Shown here one piece after another: positions 1 through 12,372 of a stretch of DNA of 64,000 nt (its first letter is position 1; each line of letters begins with the position of its first letter). The stretch is from positions 4,007-68,006 of the forward strand of contig CAIKMQ010000028.1 in NCBI GenBank assembly GCA_903828565.1, read 5' to 3'. A model generated the notes under the pieces. The model saw nothing but the letters and a program-made list of their open reading frames with translations. It did not search any database and was not told the origin of the DNA. The position numbers and the translations under genes are program-made. The stretch is from an uncultured Leptolinea sp. Lineage in GTDB: Bacteria > Chloroflexota > Anaerolineae > Anaerolineales > Anaerolineaceae.

Positions 1-1447
1 GTTTGGAAGAACCTCCACCGGTGGTGCTTGTGGAAAGCGTGGTACGCGGGATGGCGATACCACGATATGCCGGGTCGAATCCTCCCCACCACCGAGGTAA
101 GATGACAGGCCCCTGGCTAAAGGTCTCCTTCATGCGGCCATCATAATCCTTGTCCAACATGGTCCATTCCAAATTTTCATCGAACTTTTGGCTTTTGATC
201 TCAGGGGTGCCTTCTGCTTCCACCCGTGCCCAGGCGCGTTTATTGATACCATCGTAGTAAGCAATTGTCTCTTTTCGGCTGAAGCCTTTCATTTTTTCGG
301 TAACTGATTTGACCAGACCGACCACAACTTCTTGCATCGCTTTCTGGCGCTCGCGGGCAGTTGGATATTTAAAGGCACCCAGGAACTCGAGTTCATAGGG
401 TTGCAGTCCCTCTGGAAGTGGTGAATTCACTGTGATCTCAAGAGGTTCCCTGGTTTTAACTTCTGCGGCATCTTTTTTCAATACCCCAAACAACACCATT
501 GTTAAAACTTTGTCCATAGGCAATTCCATGAGGATGGCTGCTTCCACGGCAGTGAGCCCTCTTTTAATGCCATGCCCTTCGATTGAGATCTTGGGGGGTA
601 AATATTGCATTTTTCGTTTCTTGGCTCCCCAGATCGCGTAATAAAAGGAGTACCCGATGATAGCGAGGAAAATTCCCACTATGCAGATACAAACCAGCAT
701 TGCCGGATCGAAAGAAGCAATGGGAGGATTGTAAACCTGCTCCGGTGGGATGTAGGAGGCCGGGAAAGCTGCAGCAAATTCATACCTTTCACCGCTGCTT
801 GCTGCGTTGCTGCTCCATGTATATGTGATCCGGCCGGCATCATCATAACCAGTGAGCGGCTCAGGATTCCCCGGCCAACCCGATTGAGCTGGCTCCCAGC
901 GTGGTTCTTCCGGTTGCACACCGGAGGGCAGATGGAAGGTTACCTGAAGATCAGTAGTCCCATTCACATAATCTGAACCGAAGTAATTGGGCATGAAACG
1001 GACACTGGCATAATTATTATCCGTCTGGTTGCTGTATGTAAACATCACCTGGCTGATCCGGCTTACCTGTAATCTAAAGATTCCGGTTTTTCCAGGTTGG
1101 AGCGCCAAACTGCCCAGGCCAATGGTGACACCACTTTCGGTACCATTCAGATAACCCGGATCAGCCTCCTGAATATCATTGAGGGTACGTCCATCGATCT
1201 CTGCACTGACATCAGAGAGTTTAAAATTACTGTTGGGTAGGCCGATATCCACATAATCGATCGGGAGTCCATCGGGTTGATTGGTAAATACGTAAACGTA
1301 CGTGAGAGACATCGATCCATCATCATTGTAATAGGCATCGATCCGCGCTGAATCAACTGAGAAATGATACGATTGCGCAGATGCTGATACCGGTAAAATC
1401 AGTCCAAGGAGAATACTGAGAAGCAGAACGATCGAGGCTTTTTTCAT
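1..1447 (-). CDS. DUF2207-like secreted/membrane protein; the C-terminus runs off the window
   Basis: Absent from the supplied track because it has no in-window stop. I translated the minus strand by hand from ATG 1447 (GGAGGA a few nt upstream) and it stays open to base 1 (482 codons). It has a signal peptide (MKKASIVLLLSILLGLILPVSASA), a roughly 230-aa ectodomain, a TM helix (MLVCICIVGIFLAIIGYSFYYAIW) and a cytoplasmic region ending in a Gly/Ser-rich stretch. This layout is DUF2207-like. Confidence 0.6.
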   Translation of the reverse strand, partial: MKKASIVLLLSILLGLILPVSASAQSYHFSVDSARIDAYYNDDGSMSLTYVYVFTNQPDGLPIDYVDIGLPNSNFKLSDVSAEIDGRTLNDIQEADPGYLNGTESGVTIGLGSLALQPGKTGIFRLQVSRISQVMFTYSNQTDNNYASVRFMPNYFGSDYVNGTTDLQVTFHLPSGVQPEEPRWEPAQSGWPGNPEPLTGYDDAGRITYTWSSNAASSGERYEFAAAFPASYIPPEQVYNPPIASFDPAMLVCICIVGIFLAIIGYSFYYAIWGAKKRKMQYLPPKISIEGHGIKRGLTAVEAAILMELPMDKVLTMVLFGVLKKDAAEVKTREPLEITVNSPLPEGLQPYELEFLGAFKYPTARERQKAMQEVVVGLVKSVTEKMKGFSRKETIAYYDGINKRAWARVEAEGTPEIKSQKFDENLEWTMLDKDYDGRMKETFSQGPVILPRWWGGFDPAYRGIAIPRTTLSTSTTGGGSSK

Positions 1448-1464
1448 TTTTCCTCCATTCATCT

Positions 1465-1824
1465 TTACCACTTGGGATCTTCAGTTAATTGGTAAGTGGA
1501 GTGGCAGAAAGGACACGTGACAACTGGTGCACCTGCGACCATCGCTACATCTTTTGGTGATAAAGTTCCCCCGCAAGCCTGGCATTTCATGGCGTCCATG
1601 GATACATTCGCGGGAATATCGATCTTATAGGTGATATTCTGATCGTTTGATAACGGCGCAGGAGTTTTGCGAAAAGAGAAGAAGCCCAGAGCCAGGCAAA
1701 TCACAAGTAGAACGACTCCTGTAACAAAGGTCCTTCCTGGGTTTGGATTGTTGACGGAACCGATGATGAATAGAACTCCGAAAACAAAGAATACGGCGGT
1801 CAGCAGTTTACCAATGATCTTCAT
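1465..1824 (-). CDS. small membrane protein with C-terminal zinc ribbon
   Basis: Track ORF 1465..1872. I moved the start to ATG 1824 (MKIIGKLL), which is preceded by AAGGAGAAG. It has two hydrophobic helices followed by CQACGG...CPFCHS (CxxC-x21-CxxC). It ends 17 nt upstream of the next minus-strand gene. Confidence 0.55.
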   Translation of the reverse strand: MKIIGKLLTAVFFVFGVLFIIGSVNNPNPGRTFVTGVVLLVICLALGFFSFRKTPAPLSNDQNITYKIDIPANVSMDAMKCQACGGTLSPKDVAMVAGAPVVTCPFCHSTYQLTEDPKW

Positions 1825-1875
1825 AGCTTCTCCTTCTCTTTGACGCTGGGTGAAACTTCGGTACAATGACATTAA

Positions 1876-5144
<3,269 letters not shown>

Positions 5145-5146
5145 AC

Positions 5147-5170
5147 AAAAAAGCCCGCAAGGGCTTTTTT
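5147..5170. terminator. bidirectional rho-independent terminator between rlmI and ssrA
   Basis: AAAAAAGCCCGCAAGGGCTTTTTT: a GCCC/GGGC stem with a GCAA loop, flanked by an A-run and a T-run. Confidence 0.7.
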
Positions 5171-5174
5171 GTTG

Positions 5175-5568
5175 TGGAGATGGCGGGAATTGAACCCGCG
5201 TCCGAAAGACTCGACCGCCAGATGTCTACGAGCGTAGTAAAAGTTTATGTCTTACTGATAACGAGCTCATTTACCTCGCTGCTATCAGCCAGCTGCTTGA
5301 GCCCGAAAGCCCTCTTTCCCGGAGGTAGCAGCGTGAACCGGGGCACACCAACTTTGTGACGCCCGACACTATCACCGGCTGGTGAGCGGGATAGGCGGAC
5401 GCGGTTTCACGAAGAAACCGGCTGATCTTCACTCGCTGTTAGGCAGCGAGGGGGAGAGCAGCATAGGAAGTGCGGTTGGCACTTGATTTTTTGTACTGAG
5501 TTAACGAGTTCGGTACCTCTCGGCTCGCAATCCGGGGCCAGCCTCCTCCGTCGAAGCCTGTCATCCCC
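5175..5568 (-). ncRNA. ssrA: tmRNA (transfer-messenger RNA), one-piece
   Basis: The minus strand starts GGGGATGACAGGCTTCGACGG and ends GGACGCGGGTTCAATTCCCGCCATCTCCA. The acceptor stem is GGGGATG/CATCTCC with a G3:U pair, followed by a T-arm GGGTTCAATTCCC. The internal tag ORF (5439..5480) reads ANRTSYAALPLAA-stop. CCA is not encoded (genomic CAA). Confidence 0.95.
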
Positions 5569-5577
5569 GATACTTTG

Positions 5578-5586
5578 ATTATACCA
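5578..5586 (-). promoter_or_regulatory. extended -10 promoter (TGGTATAAT) for ssrA
   Basis: On the minus strand TGGTATAAT lies about 10 nt upstream of the mature tmRNA 5' end. Confidence 0.5.
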
Positions 5587-5680
5587 CCTGTTGACTACGG
5601 AAGCGGGGAGAGTCAGGCATGTTATACTCAGAATTATCTTTTAGTGCATACTGGTATGGATCGAACTATTTTGGTAAATC

Positions 5681-6232
5681 ATGGACCTTTCTGATAATGA
5701 CGCATTACAAAGGGCTGCCGCTGGCGATCAGGTCGCATTCGGTATTCTGTATGAACGTTATGTGACGCGGATCTATAACTATATTTATTACCGAACAGGC
5801 CAGAACGCTGAGGCAGAAGATCTAACGGCCAAAGTATTTTTTAAAGCCTACAGCCATATTGGCTCATACAAGAACACGGGTGTTCCATTCTCTGCCTGGT
5901 TATATCGGATTGCGCATAATCTGGTGGCCAACTGGCATCGCGATAATAGCCGCAGCAAGGTTGTTCCACTGGAAGATGAACCCCAGATCGTTCATAAAGG
6001 TGACTTACCCGAAACTGCTGTCATGAAAGGCCAGGATTCGGAGTCTTTGTTGAAGGTGATCCGAAATCTAACATCAGACAGGCAACAATTATTGATCCTG
6101 AAATTTGTTGACAATCTATCCAATGCTGAGATTGCCGTTATTATGGGACGAAGTGAAGGTGCGATCAAGAGTCTATACCATCGGACATTAGCGAACTTAA
6201 AGGGGGAGTTAAATGCCGAGGATTTTGAGTAA
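5681..6232 (+). CDS. ECF-type RNA polymerase sigma-70 family factor
   Basis: 183 aa with region 2 (YERYVTRIYNYIYYRTG...AEDLTAKVF...WLYRIAHNLVANWHRD) and a region 4 HTH (LSNAEIAVIMGRSEGAIKSLYHRTL). Confidence 0.85.
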   Translation: MDLSDNDALQRAAAGDQVAFGILYERYVTRIYNYIYYRTGQNAEAEDLTAKVFFKAYSHIGSYKNTGVPFSAWLYRIAHNLVANWHRDNSRSKVVPLEDEPQIVHKGDLPETAVMKGQDSESLLKVIRNLTSDRQQLLILKFVDNLSNAEIAVIMGRSEGAIKSLYHRTLANLKGELNAEDFE

Positions 6233-6242
6233 GGAGAATGAA

Positions 6243-6518
6243 ATGACTGAAAAGAGCGATTCTTCAGACCTGGAGATTCTGGAAGGTGAACTCGCTAACC
6301 GTTTGCGGATGTACCGTCCACGAACTGATTATGTAGACCTTCTGAAAAAACGTTTGGTGAAACCGTCTGGTGTTGAGGTGGAAAGTAATAAATGGAAACC
6401 GGCAGTGTTATTTCTTTCCCTGGGGATTGTCGGCTTCATCTTTGCGACAGTTGCACTACTGCGCTATATATGGTCATTTTTCCTAACAGACGATTCAGCT
6501 GAGGAGAATGGATCTTGA
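6243..6518 (+). CDS. single-pass membrane protein, possible anti-sigma partner
   Basis: Track ORF 6213..6518. I moved the start to ATG 6243, 6 nt after AAGGAG. It has one TM helix (AVLFLSLGIVGFIFATVALL). The only functional clue is its position just downstream of the ECF sigma gene; no zf-HC2 motif is present. Confidence 0.4.
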   Translation: MTEKSDSSDLEILEGELANRLRMYRPRTDYVDLLKKRLVKPSGVEVESNKWKPAVLFLSLGIVGFIFATVALLRYIWSFFLTDDSAEENGS

Positions 6519-6524
6519 GGTAGA

Positions 6525-7121
6525 TCAGGTCGGAAAATGGGAGGAAATTGCGCGTAGCAATTCTTCGTTGGACGGCTCAACCAGCATGGTGCCATCGGGA
6601 AAAATGATGGTGGGGACACTGCAAAACCCGTGATTTACTTGCGTGACAAAAGCTTCGTACTCTGGCTTTGAGTGAACATCCAGCCAAGTGAAATCAATTC
6701 CTGCCCCGATGAAAATTCGCTTTACGCGAGAGCAATCCGGGCACCAGTCAGCTCCATAGATGATGACATTATTTGCGGGTAGATCTGGGTTGATATCGAT
6801 CCCCAGTAACCGGGCAAGCTCGCCTAGATCTGCGATCAGATCTGCGCCGGATGGCAATTGATACATCGGGTCCACCTGTTCCAAATATTCTTTTAGCAGA
6901 ATTGATACCTGCGTCGAGGGCGGTCTCTCTGCCAGAAGCAAAAGTATTTGCAGGTCATTCATCTGCGGTGGGATACCCCCATGAGCTTGAAGGTAATCCC
7001 GAACGAGGATCGCGGCCGCGCGACGGGCACAGACCCGCGCTCTGCCTTCCATCCCACTGGCACGGGACTTTGTAGCATTCTGGATCTCTATCTCAAATAG
7101 CTTCTTCTGGTCAATGTTCAT
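6525..7121 (-). CDS. glutaredoxin/thioredoxin-fold protein with an uncharacterised helical N-terminal domain
   Basis: The C-terminal ~80 aa are glutaredoxin-like (VIIYGADWCPDCSRVKRIF...VPTIIFPDG). I moved the start to ATG 7121 (MNIDQKK) because the track extension to 7247 reads through the terminator of the upstream gene. Confidence 0.6.
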   Translation of the reverse strand: MNIDQKKLFEIEIQNATKSRASGMEGRARVCARRAAAILVRDYLQAHGGIPPQMNDLQILLLLAERPPSTQVSILLKEYLEQVDPMYQLPSGADLIADLGELARLLGIDINPDLPANNVIIYGADWCPDCSRVKRIFIGAGIDFTWLDVHSKPEYEAFVTQVNHGFCSVPTIIFPDGTMLVEPSNEELLRAISSHFPT

Positions 7122-7176
7122 TTGGTATCTGTACGAATTATACGGTACAGGGCGAGAAATGTTCAGGGATGGAAAT

Positions 7177-7201
7177 AAAAAAACCCTTCCATACGGAAGG
7201 G
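7177..7201 (-). terminator. rho-independent terminator of the 7222..7524 gene
   Basis: The minus strand reads CCCTTCCGTATGGAAGGG followed by TTTTTTT. Confidence 0.7.
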
Positions 7202-7221
7202 TAATAGGCGGGGAGAAAACA

Positions 7222-7524
7222 TCAGAGCCAGTTCTGACTTTTCCCAAAATCTGTCAGTAGCGGGATCGTTACCGTTTCACCATTGTAAGATTTCAACCCC
7301 AGATAAATGCTATATATCCAGAGTAAGAACCCAACAAACGCGAATGTCAGGACCAGGGAGATAGCCCCAAGCATTAACGATTGGATAGCATTGTAGCGAA
7401 TGAACGGACGGTTTTTCTTATCATCGATCAGTAATAAAACAAGGCCGATAATAGGAAAGATGTAGCTGACTAATGACCATAACTTATCATCATTGGTTAC
7501 ATCAGTGTTTGTAGTTTGATTCAT
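7222..7524 (-). CDS. small membrane protein, DUF4870-like
   Basis: 100 aa with two or three TM helices. The segment LWSLVSYIFPIIGLVLLLIDDKKNRPFIRYNAIQSLML resembles the DUF4870 family pattern. Confidence 0.5.
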   Translation of the reverse strand: MNQTTNTDVTNDDKLWSLVSYIFPIIGLVLLLIDDKKNRPFIRYNAIQSLMLGAISLVLTFAFVGFLLWIYSIYLGLKSYNGETVTIPLLTDFGKSQNWL

Positions 7525-7614
7525 TTGTTCCTCCAGATAGTTTATTTCATTTTACAAATCAAATAAGAAAAAACAAGCAGATCGACCGATTTACCCCCTC
7601 AGTGTATAGAGTTA

Positions 7615-7623
7615 TGCTACAAT
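7615..7623 (+). promoter_or_regulatory. extended -10 promoter (TGCTACAAT) abutting the fmt start codon
   Basis: TGcTACAAT ends 6 nt before ATG 7630, and there is no Shine-Dalgarno sequence in between. Confidence 0.45.
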
Positions 7624-7629
7624 TTTTCC

Positions 7630-8553
7630 ATGGTTGCGCGAGTAGTCTTTTTTGGATCCCCCGAATTTGCAATTCCCTCCTTATCAAAACTATTACATTC
7701 TTACAATGTTGTTGGCGTTGTCAGCCAACCCGATCGGCCTTCCGGCAGGGGGAAGATCCTGACAGCACCGCCAGTCAAAGAGTACGCCCTCAGTCAGGGA
7801 TTACCTGTCCTGCAACCCGAAAAGTTGAGAGAACCTGGCGTAGTAGAGAAATTACTGGAATGGGATGCGGATGTCTATGTAGTGGCAGCATTCGGGCAGA
7901 TCTTTCGTAAAACCATCTTGGCTCTCCCGCGATATGGATTGATTAATGTGCATGCCAGTTTATTACCCCGCTGGCGAGGTGCTTCTCCGGTTCAGGCAGC
8001 GATCTTGAACGGTGATGAAGTCACTGGCGTCACAATTATGCGCATAGATGAGGGTATTGATACGGGGGATATGCTCAATCAGAAAGAAGTAAGGATATTG
8101 GAAGGTGAGACAGCCGGGGAACTTGCTACTCGATTGGCAGATGTTGGCGCTGAACTTCTGTTAACAACGCTTCTTGGGTACCTGAATGGCGAGGTCAGCT
8201 GCATTCCGCAGCCAAATGATGGAGCCACCTATGCCGGGATGATAAAGAAAGAGGACGCATGGCTAGATTTCCAGCAGTCATTAGAAATTAACCTGAGGAA
8301 GATCCGGGCATATTCACCGTGGCCTGTGGCAAGGGTGGATCTTTCTGGAACGGTTATCCAGATCCATCGCGCGCATGGAGTTCCTGGTGAAAAAAAGCAG
8401 CCGGGCTATCCATACATATGCAACGGCTCACCAGCCATTTCTGTAGAAGGCGGGCTGTTGATTCTTGACCAGATGCAACTCCCCGGTAAGAAGATGATGG
8501 AAGGTAAGGCTTACCTGGCTGGCAACCCCGGGTGGGGCAAAAAGATCAACTAA
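7630..8553 (+). CDS. fmt: methionyl-tRNA formyltransferase
   Basis: 307 aa with the N-terminus [36 protein letters not shown] and a C-terminal Fmt domain. Confidence 0.92.
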   Translation: MVARVVFFGSPEFAIPSLSKLLHSYNVVGVVSQPDRPSGRGKILTAPPVKEYALSQGLPVLQPEKLREPGVVEKLLEWDADVYVVAAFGQIFRKTILALPRYGLINVHASLLPRWRGASPVQAAILNGDEVTGVTIMRIDEGIDTGDMLNQKEVRILEGETAGELATRLADVGAELLLTTLLGYLNGEVSCIPQPNDGATYAGMIKKEDAWLDFQQSLEINLRKIRAYSPWPVARVDLSGTVIQIHRAHGVPGEKKQPGYPYICNGSPAISVEGGLLILDQMQLPGKKMMEGKAYLAGNPGWGKKIN

Positions 8554-8564
8554 TGGAGGTTGGT

Positions 8565-10055
8565 ATGTACATCGCTGCCATTGATCAGGGGACTACAAGC
8601 ACCCGCTGCATATTATTTGATCACGAGGGTTTGCCTGTAACCTCTGCTCAGAAAGACCACGCTCAGATCTATCCAAAACCCGGATGGGTGGAGCATGATC
8701 CGCTTGAGATCTGGCAAAACACAAAGGAAGTAATAACCCGCGCTCTGAATGACCTCGACCTGACAGTAAAAGATATATCAGCTGTGGGTATTACCAACCA
8801 GCGAGAAACAACCATTTTATGGGATGACCGTACGGGCAAACCTGTCCATAATGCCATCGTTTGGCAGGACACCCGCACAGATGCAGTGTGTACGGAATTA
8901 AGCCTGGCAGGAGGGCAGGATAGGTTCCGGAAGCAGACCGGGTTACCCCTTGCCACTTATTTTTCCGGACCAAAAATCACCTGGCTGTTGCAAAACATCC
9001 CCGGGTTAATGGATGAGGTAAGAACCGGGCATATACGCTTTGGAACCGTAGATAGCTGGCTGGTATGGAATTTAACTGGCGGCGTGAACGGCGGGTTGCA
9101 TATCACTGACTGTACCAATGCTTCGCGGACAATGCTGATGGATCTGGAATCTCTTCAGTGGGACTCTTCCATCCTGGAATCTATGGGAATCCCCGAAAAG
9201 TTACTACCGGTGATCCATTCTTCCTCAGAGATCTATGGAACTTGTAAAGATGTCTTACCGGGCGTCCCTGTTACTGGAATTCTGGGAGATCAACAGGCAG
9301 CGCTTTTTGGTCAGGTGTGTTTTACTTCCGGCGAAGCCAAGAACACATACGGTACTGGCTGCTTCATGCTGATGAATACCGGAGAGCAACCTGTTCAATC
9401 TTCCCACGGTTTATTGACGACCCTGGGGTACAAATTGGGAAAGGCGAAACCAGTCTATTGCCTGGAAGGTTCCATCGCGATCACCGGGGCGCTGGTACAG
9501 TGGCTTCGGGATAATTTACACCTCATTGATACATCCAGTGAAATTGAGACTCTGGCCAGGCAGGTGCCGGATAGTGGTGATGTCTATTTCGTTCCGGCTT
9601 TCTCCGGACTGTATGCACCGTACTGGCGCAGTGACGCTCGCGGAGCGATACTGGGATTAACCAGGTATGCCACTGCCGGTCATATTGCCCGCGCAGCACT
9701 TGAAGCTACCGCATATCAAACCCGCGAAGTACTGGAAGCCATGGAAGCAGATTCGTCTGTTCATCTTACCTCGTTGAAAGTAGACGGCGGAATGGTGGTC
9801 AATACTCTATTGATGCAGTTCCAAGCAGATACTCTGCAGGTACCTGTTACCCGGCCAGTCGTCTCTGAAACGACAGCACTCGGAGCAGCCTATGCAGCTG
9901 GGTTGGCAGTCGGTTACTGGAAGGATCTGGAAGAATTGAAGAATAATTGGAAGAAGCAAACGACCTGGCATCCGGTAATGGAAGAGAAAACTGTAGAGCG
10001 CTTATATAAGCGCTGGAAAAAGGCAGTTCAGAAAAGTATGAACTGGGTGGATTAG
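8565..10055 (+). CDS. glpK: glycerol kinase
   Basis: The start is set at ATG 8565 ([14 protein letters not shown]), after GGAGG. FGGY-family motifs are present throughout ([23 protein letters not shown]). Confidence 0.93.
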   Translation: MYIAAIDQGTTSTRCILFDHEGLPVTSAQKDHAQIYPKPGWVEHDPLEIWQNTKEVITRALNDLDLTVKDISAVGITNQRETTILWDDRTGKPVHNAIVWQDTRTDAVCTELSLAGGQDRFRKQTGLPLATYFSGPKITWLLQNIPGLMDEVRTGHIRFGTVDSWLVWNLTGGVNGGLHITDCTNASRTMLMDLESLQWDSSILESMGIPEKLLPVIHSSSEIYGTCKDVLPGVPVTGILGDQQAALFGQVCFTSGEAKNTYGTGCFMLMNTGEQPVQSSHGLLTTLGYKLGKAKPVYCLEGSIAITGALVQWLRDNLHLIDTSSEIETLARQVPDSGDVYFVPAFSGLYAPYWRSDARGAILGLTRYATAGHIARAALEATAYQTREVLEAMEADSSVHLTSLKVDGGMVVNTLLMQFQADTLQVPVTRPVVSETTALGAAYAAGLAVGYWKDLEELKNNWKKQTTWHPVMEEKTVERLYKRWKKAVQKSMNWVD

Positions 10056-10056
10056 G

Positions 10057-11241
10057 ATGACTTTAAATAAACCGACTGCAATTGTCATTGGTGCCGGGTT
10101 CACAGGAATAGCGACAGCTTATGACCTGGCGATGCGTGGTTTCCAGGTGGATGTTCTGGAACGTGGTGAACTTGGATCCGGTACGTCCGGCAGAACACAT
10201 GGATTACTTCACAGCGGTGCCAGATATTGCGTTCATGATAAAGAATCAGCTATCGAATGTATTGCTGAAAATGCGATCTTGAGAAGGATCGCAGGGCAAT
10301 GCATCGAGGCAAATGCAGGTTATTTCATTGCGGTAAACGAATCCGATGAAGCTTATGCTGACCTCTTTATCCATGGTGCGCGCGAGTGTGATCTGCCTTT
10401 TAAAGAGGTCAACACCGTCGATTTGTTACATATGGAAACCCAGGTAACACCAGCTATACGGCGCGCTTTCTGTGTTCAAGATGGTACATTCGATCCCTTA
10501 AGACTGGCTTATGCATTTGCAGCCTCCGCGAAGAAATTCGGAGCCAGATTCCATCCGTTTACCGAAGTGGAAGAACTTATACAAGATCGATCGAACCGGG
10601 TGATCGCCGCAAAGGTTTGGGATCGAGTAACCGATACACGAACGGAATTCCATGCGGATGTTTGGATCAATACTGCGGGCGCCTGGGCAGGGAGGATAGC
10701 TTCAATGGCAGGTGTCCACCTTCCTGTAAAACCTGTCCCGGGTGTCATGGTGGCAGTGGAAAAGCGACTTTGCCAGAATACGATCAACCGGTTGAATGAA
10801 CCTGGAGATGGAGATATCATCCTTCCCCAACGCCGGATGGTTGTCATTGGTACAACTTCATTTGAAGCGGCCGATGTGGATTACATTCCAATATTCCGGG
10901 ACCAAATTGACCAGATGGTTGCTCAGGGATCAGAGATGATTCCAGCCATACGCGATACGGCTCACCGCGGCGCATTTATGTCCAGCCGCCCTCTGGTCAA
11001 AGCCGAAGGCGAAGCCAGAAACCTTGCACGTACCTTCAAAGTCTATGACCATGAAAATGCGGATGGCGTTCCCGGCTTGTTCAGCCTAATCGGTGGTGAG
11101 GCGACGACATGCAGGGCAATGGCAGAAAAGATCACAGACCTGGTTACAGCCAGATTCCACCTGGATGTTCCCTGCCATACAGCGGAACAGGAGTTGGTAT
11201 CTTATCGGAAATTCTACCAGTTGGATGCGGAGCCGGCATGA
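10057..11241 (+). CDS. glpA: FAD-dependent glycerol-3-phosphate dehydrogenase, short GlpA-type flavoprotein
   Basis: 394 aa with VIGAGFTG, SGTSGRTHGLLHSGARY and ESAIECIAENAILRRIA, matching the N-terminal half of E. coli GlpA. It lacks the C-terminal BFD-type domain. It begins 1 nt after glpK. Confidence 0.75.
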   Translation: MTLNKPTAIVIGAGFTGIATAYDLAMRGFQVDVLERGELGSGTSGRTHGLLHSGARYCVHDKESAIECIAENAILRRIAGQCIEANAGYFIAVNESDEAYADLFIHGARECDLPFKEVNTVDLLHMETQVTPAIRRAFCVQDGTFDPLRLAYAFAASAKKFGARFHPFTEVEELIQDRSNRVIAAKVWDRVTDTRTEFHADVWINTAGAWAGRIASMAGVHLPVKPVPGVMVAVEKRLCQNTINRLNEPGDGDIILPQRRMVVIGTTSFEAADVDYIPIFRDQIDQMVAQGSEMIPAIRDTAHRGAFMSSRPLVKAEGEARNLARTFKVYDHENADGVPGLFSLIGGEATTCRAMAEKITDLVTARFHLDVPCHTAEQELVSYRKFYQLDAEPA

Positions 11242-11984
11242 GCGACCTGTGGAAGTTAACTGTACGAATTCATCGCTTCAAACCTGGCAAAGGGTCTTGG
11301 GTTTCCGAGTATCCCATCCAGATCCATCCGGATGAATATGTGCTTGATGCAATCGAACAGATATGGGCATTTCAGGATCGAAGCCTGGTTTATCGCCATT
11401 TGTGCCACCATTCCACCTGCGGGGCTTGTGGTATGCGGGTAAATCATAGTGAACACCTTACTTGCATCACACGGATTGGCGACATCACCCGCAATGGCGG
11501 CACTATGGATATCGAACCACTGAGAAACATGCCAGTGATCAGTGATCTGGCCGTGGATATGGGGCAGCTCTTCCGTTTGTTGGATGAGATTGACTTCAGC
11601 CAGGTACAATCTTCCGTACTTCTCCCTGAGGAGAAAGGAATACAGCCTGCTAGAGATAAACATGAGGAGATTGAACGGTTGGTGGATTGCCTGGAATGTG
11701 GCCTGTGTATCAGCGCATGCCCAGCTGGGGCGACATCCACTGGATATTTGGGTCCGGCTGCACTGGCAGCCATCCAGTTGAGATCTGTAGCGGGTGATAA
11801 GAGCTTGCTGGCAATGGCCGATGATGAACACGGAGCCTGGCGATGCCACTCTGCTTTTGCATGCACAGATGTTTGCCCATCCAATGTAGAACCCGGCTGG
11901 CGCATCATGGACCTGCGAAAGAAGCTGGTTGCGAGGCGATTCTCAAACCTATTTGGGAAAGATAAAGAGGTAGCGCATGAATAA
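11238..11984 (+). CDS. succinate dehydrogenase/fumarate reductase iron-sulfur subunit-like protein
   Basis: Track ORF 11109..11984. I moved the start to ATG 11238 (MSDLWKL), which overlaps the glpA stop (ATGA). The Cys patterns are C-x4-C-x2-C-x11-C, CLECGLCISACP and CHSAFACTDVCP, the full SdhB ligand set. Confidence 0.8.
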   Translation: MSDLWKLTVRIHRFKPGKGSWVSEYPIQIHPDEYVLDAIEQIWAFQDRSLVYRHLCHHSTCGACGMRVNHSEHLTCITRIGDITRNGGTMDIEPLRNMPVISDLAVDMGQLFRLLDEIDFSQVQSSVLLPEEKGIQPARDKHEEIERLVDCLECGLCISACPAGATSTGYLGPAALAAIQLRSVAGDKSLLAMADDEHGAWRCHSAFACTDVCPSNVEPGWRIMDLRKKLVARRFSNLFGKDKEVAHE

Positions 11985-12372
11985 TCTTCCTGGTTCACCA
12001 TCACGAAGACGATGGCTGCAATGGGTGGATCTACGAGGAAAAGATGCCGGCAGCTGGGGATTCTTGGTCAACCGGCTGGCTGGCCTGGGTTTGACCCTCT
12101 ACCTGTTCCTGCACTTATTCGTTCTGGGAAAACTTGCCAAAGGACCTGAAGCATACGATGGATTTGTAAAACTAGCTCACCATCCTGCAATTATTGCAGG
12201 GGAAGTTCTGGTAGTTCTGGCAGTACTGCTGCATGGTTTCAATGGTATTCGTATCTTGCTCACGAGTTTTGGAGTTGAGACAGGTAGGCAACGGTTCTGG
12301 CTGTATGTCGCTGTGGCGATCGCAATCTTTTCTGGATTGTATTTCAGCATGCGAATGGCAGGAGTCTTATGA
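11977..12372 (+). CDS. SdhC-like cytochrome b membrane anchor subunit
   Basis: 131 aa with three predicted TM helices. It contains NRLAGLGLTLYLFLHL and LLHGFNGIRILL motifs and overlaps the previous gene by 8 nt. Confidence 0.65.
   Translation: MNNLPGSPSRRRWLQWVDLRGKDAGSWGFLVNRLAGLGLTLYLFLHLFVLGKLAKGPEAYDGFVKLAHHPAIIAGEVLVVLAVLLHGFNGIRILLTSFGVETGRQRFWLYVAVAIAIFSGLYFSMRMAGVL

Noticed and set aside
6900-7121. An R-x5-H motif (RDYLQAH) in the N-domain of the glutaredoxin fusion, as a possible HEPN RNase signature.
   Set aside because: This is a single short motif at an atypical position for HEPN domains, with no partner nucleotidyltransferase or antitoxin gene. It is too weak to call without a profile or structure search.
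11109-11237. A 43-codon N-terminal extension of the SdhB-like ORF in the track.
   Set aside because: The extension lies entirely inside the glpA coding region in another frame. ATG 11238 overlaps the glpA stop (ATGA), which is the usual coupling arrangement.
11256-12004. Two overlapping minus-strand ORFs (197 and 186 aa) opposite the SdhB-like gene.
   Set aside because: They are antisense to a gene with a complete Fe-S ligand pattern and show low-complexity, Cys/Ser/Arg-rich translations. They are shadow ORFs.
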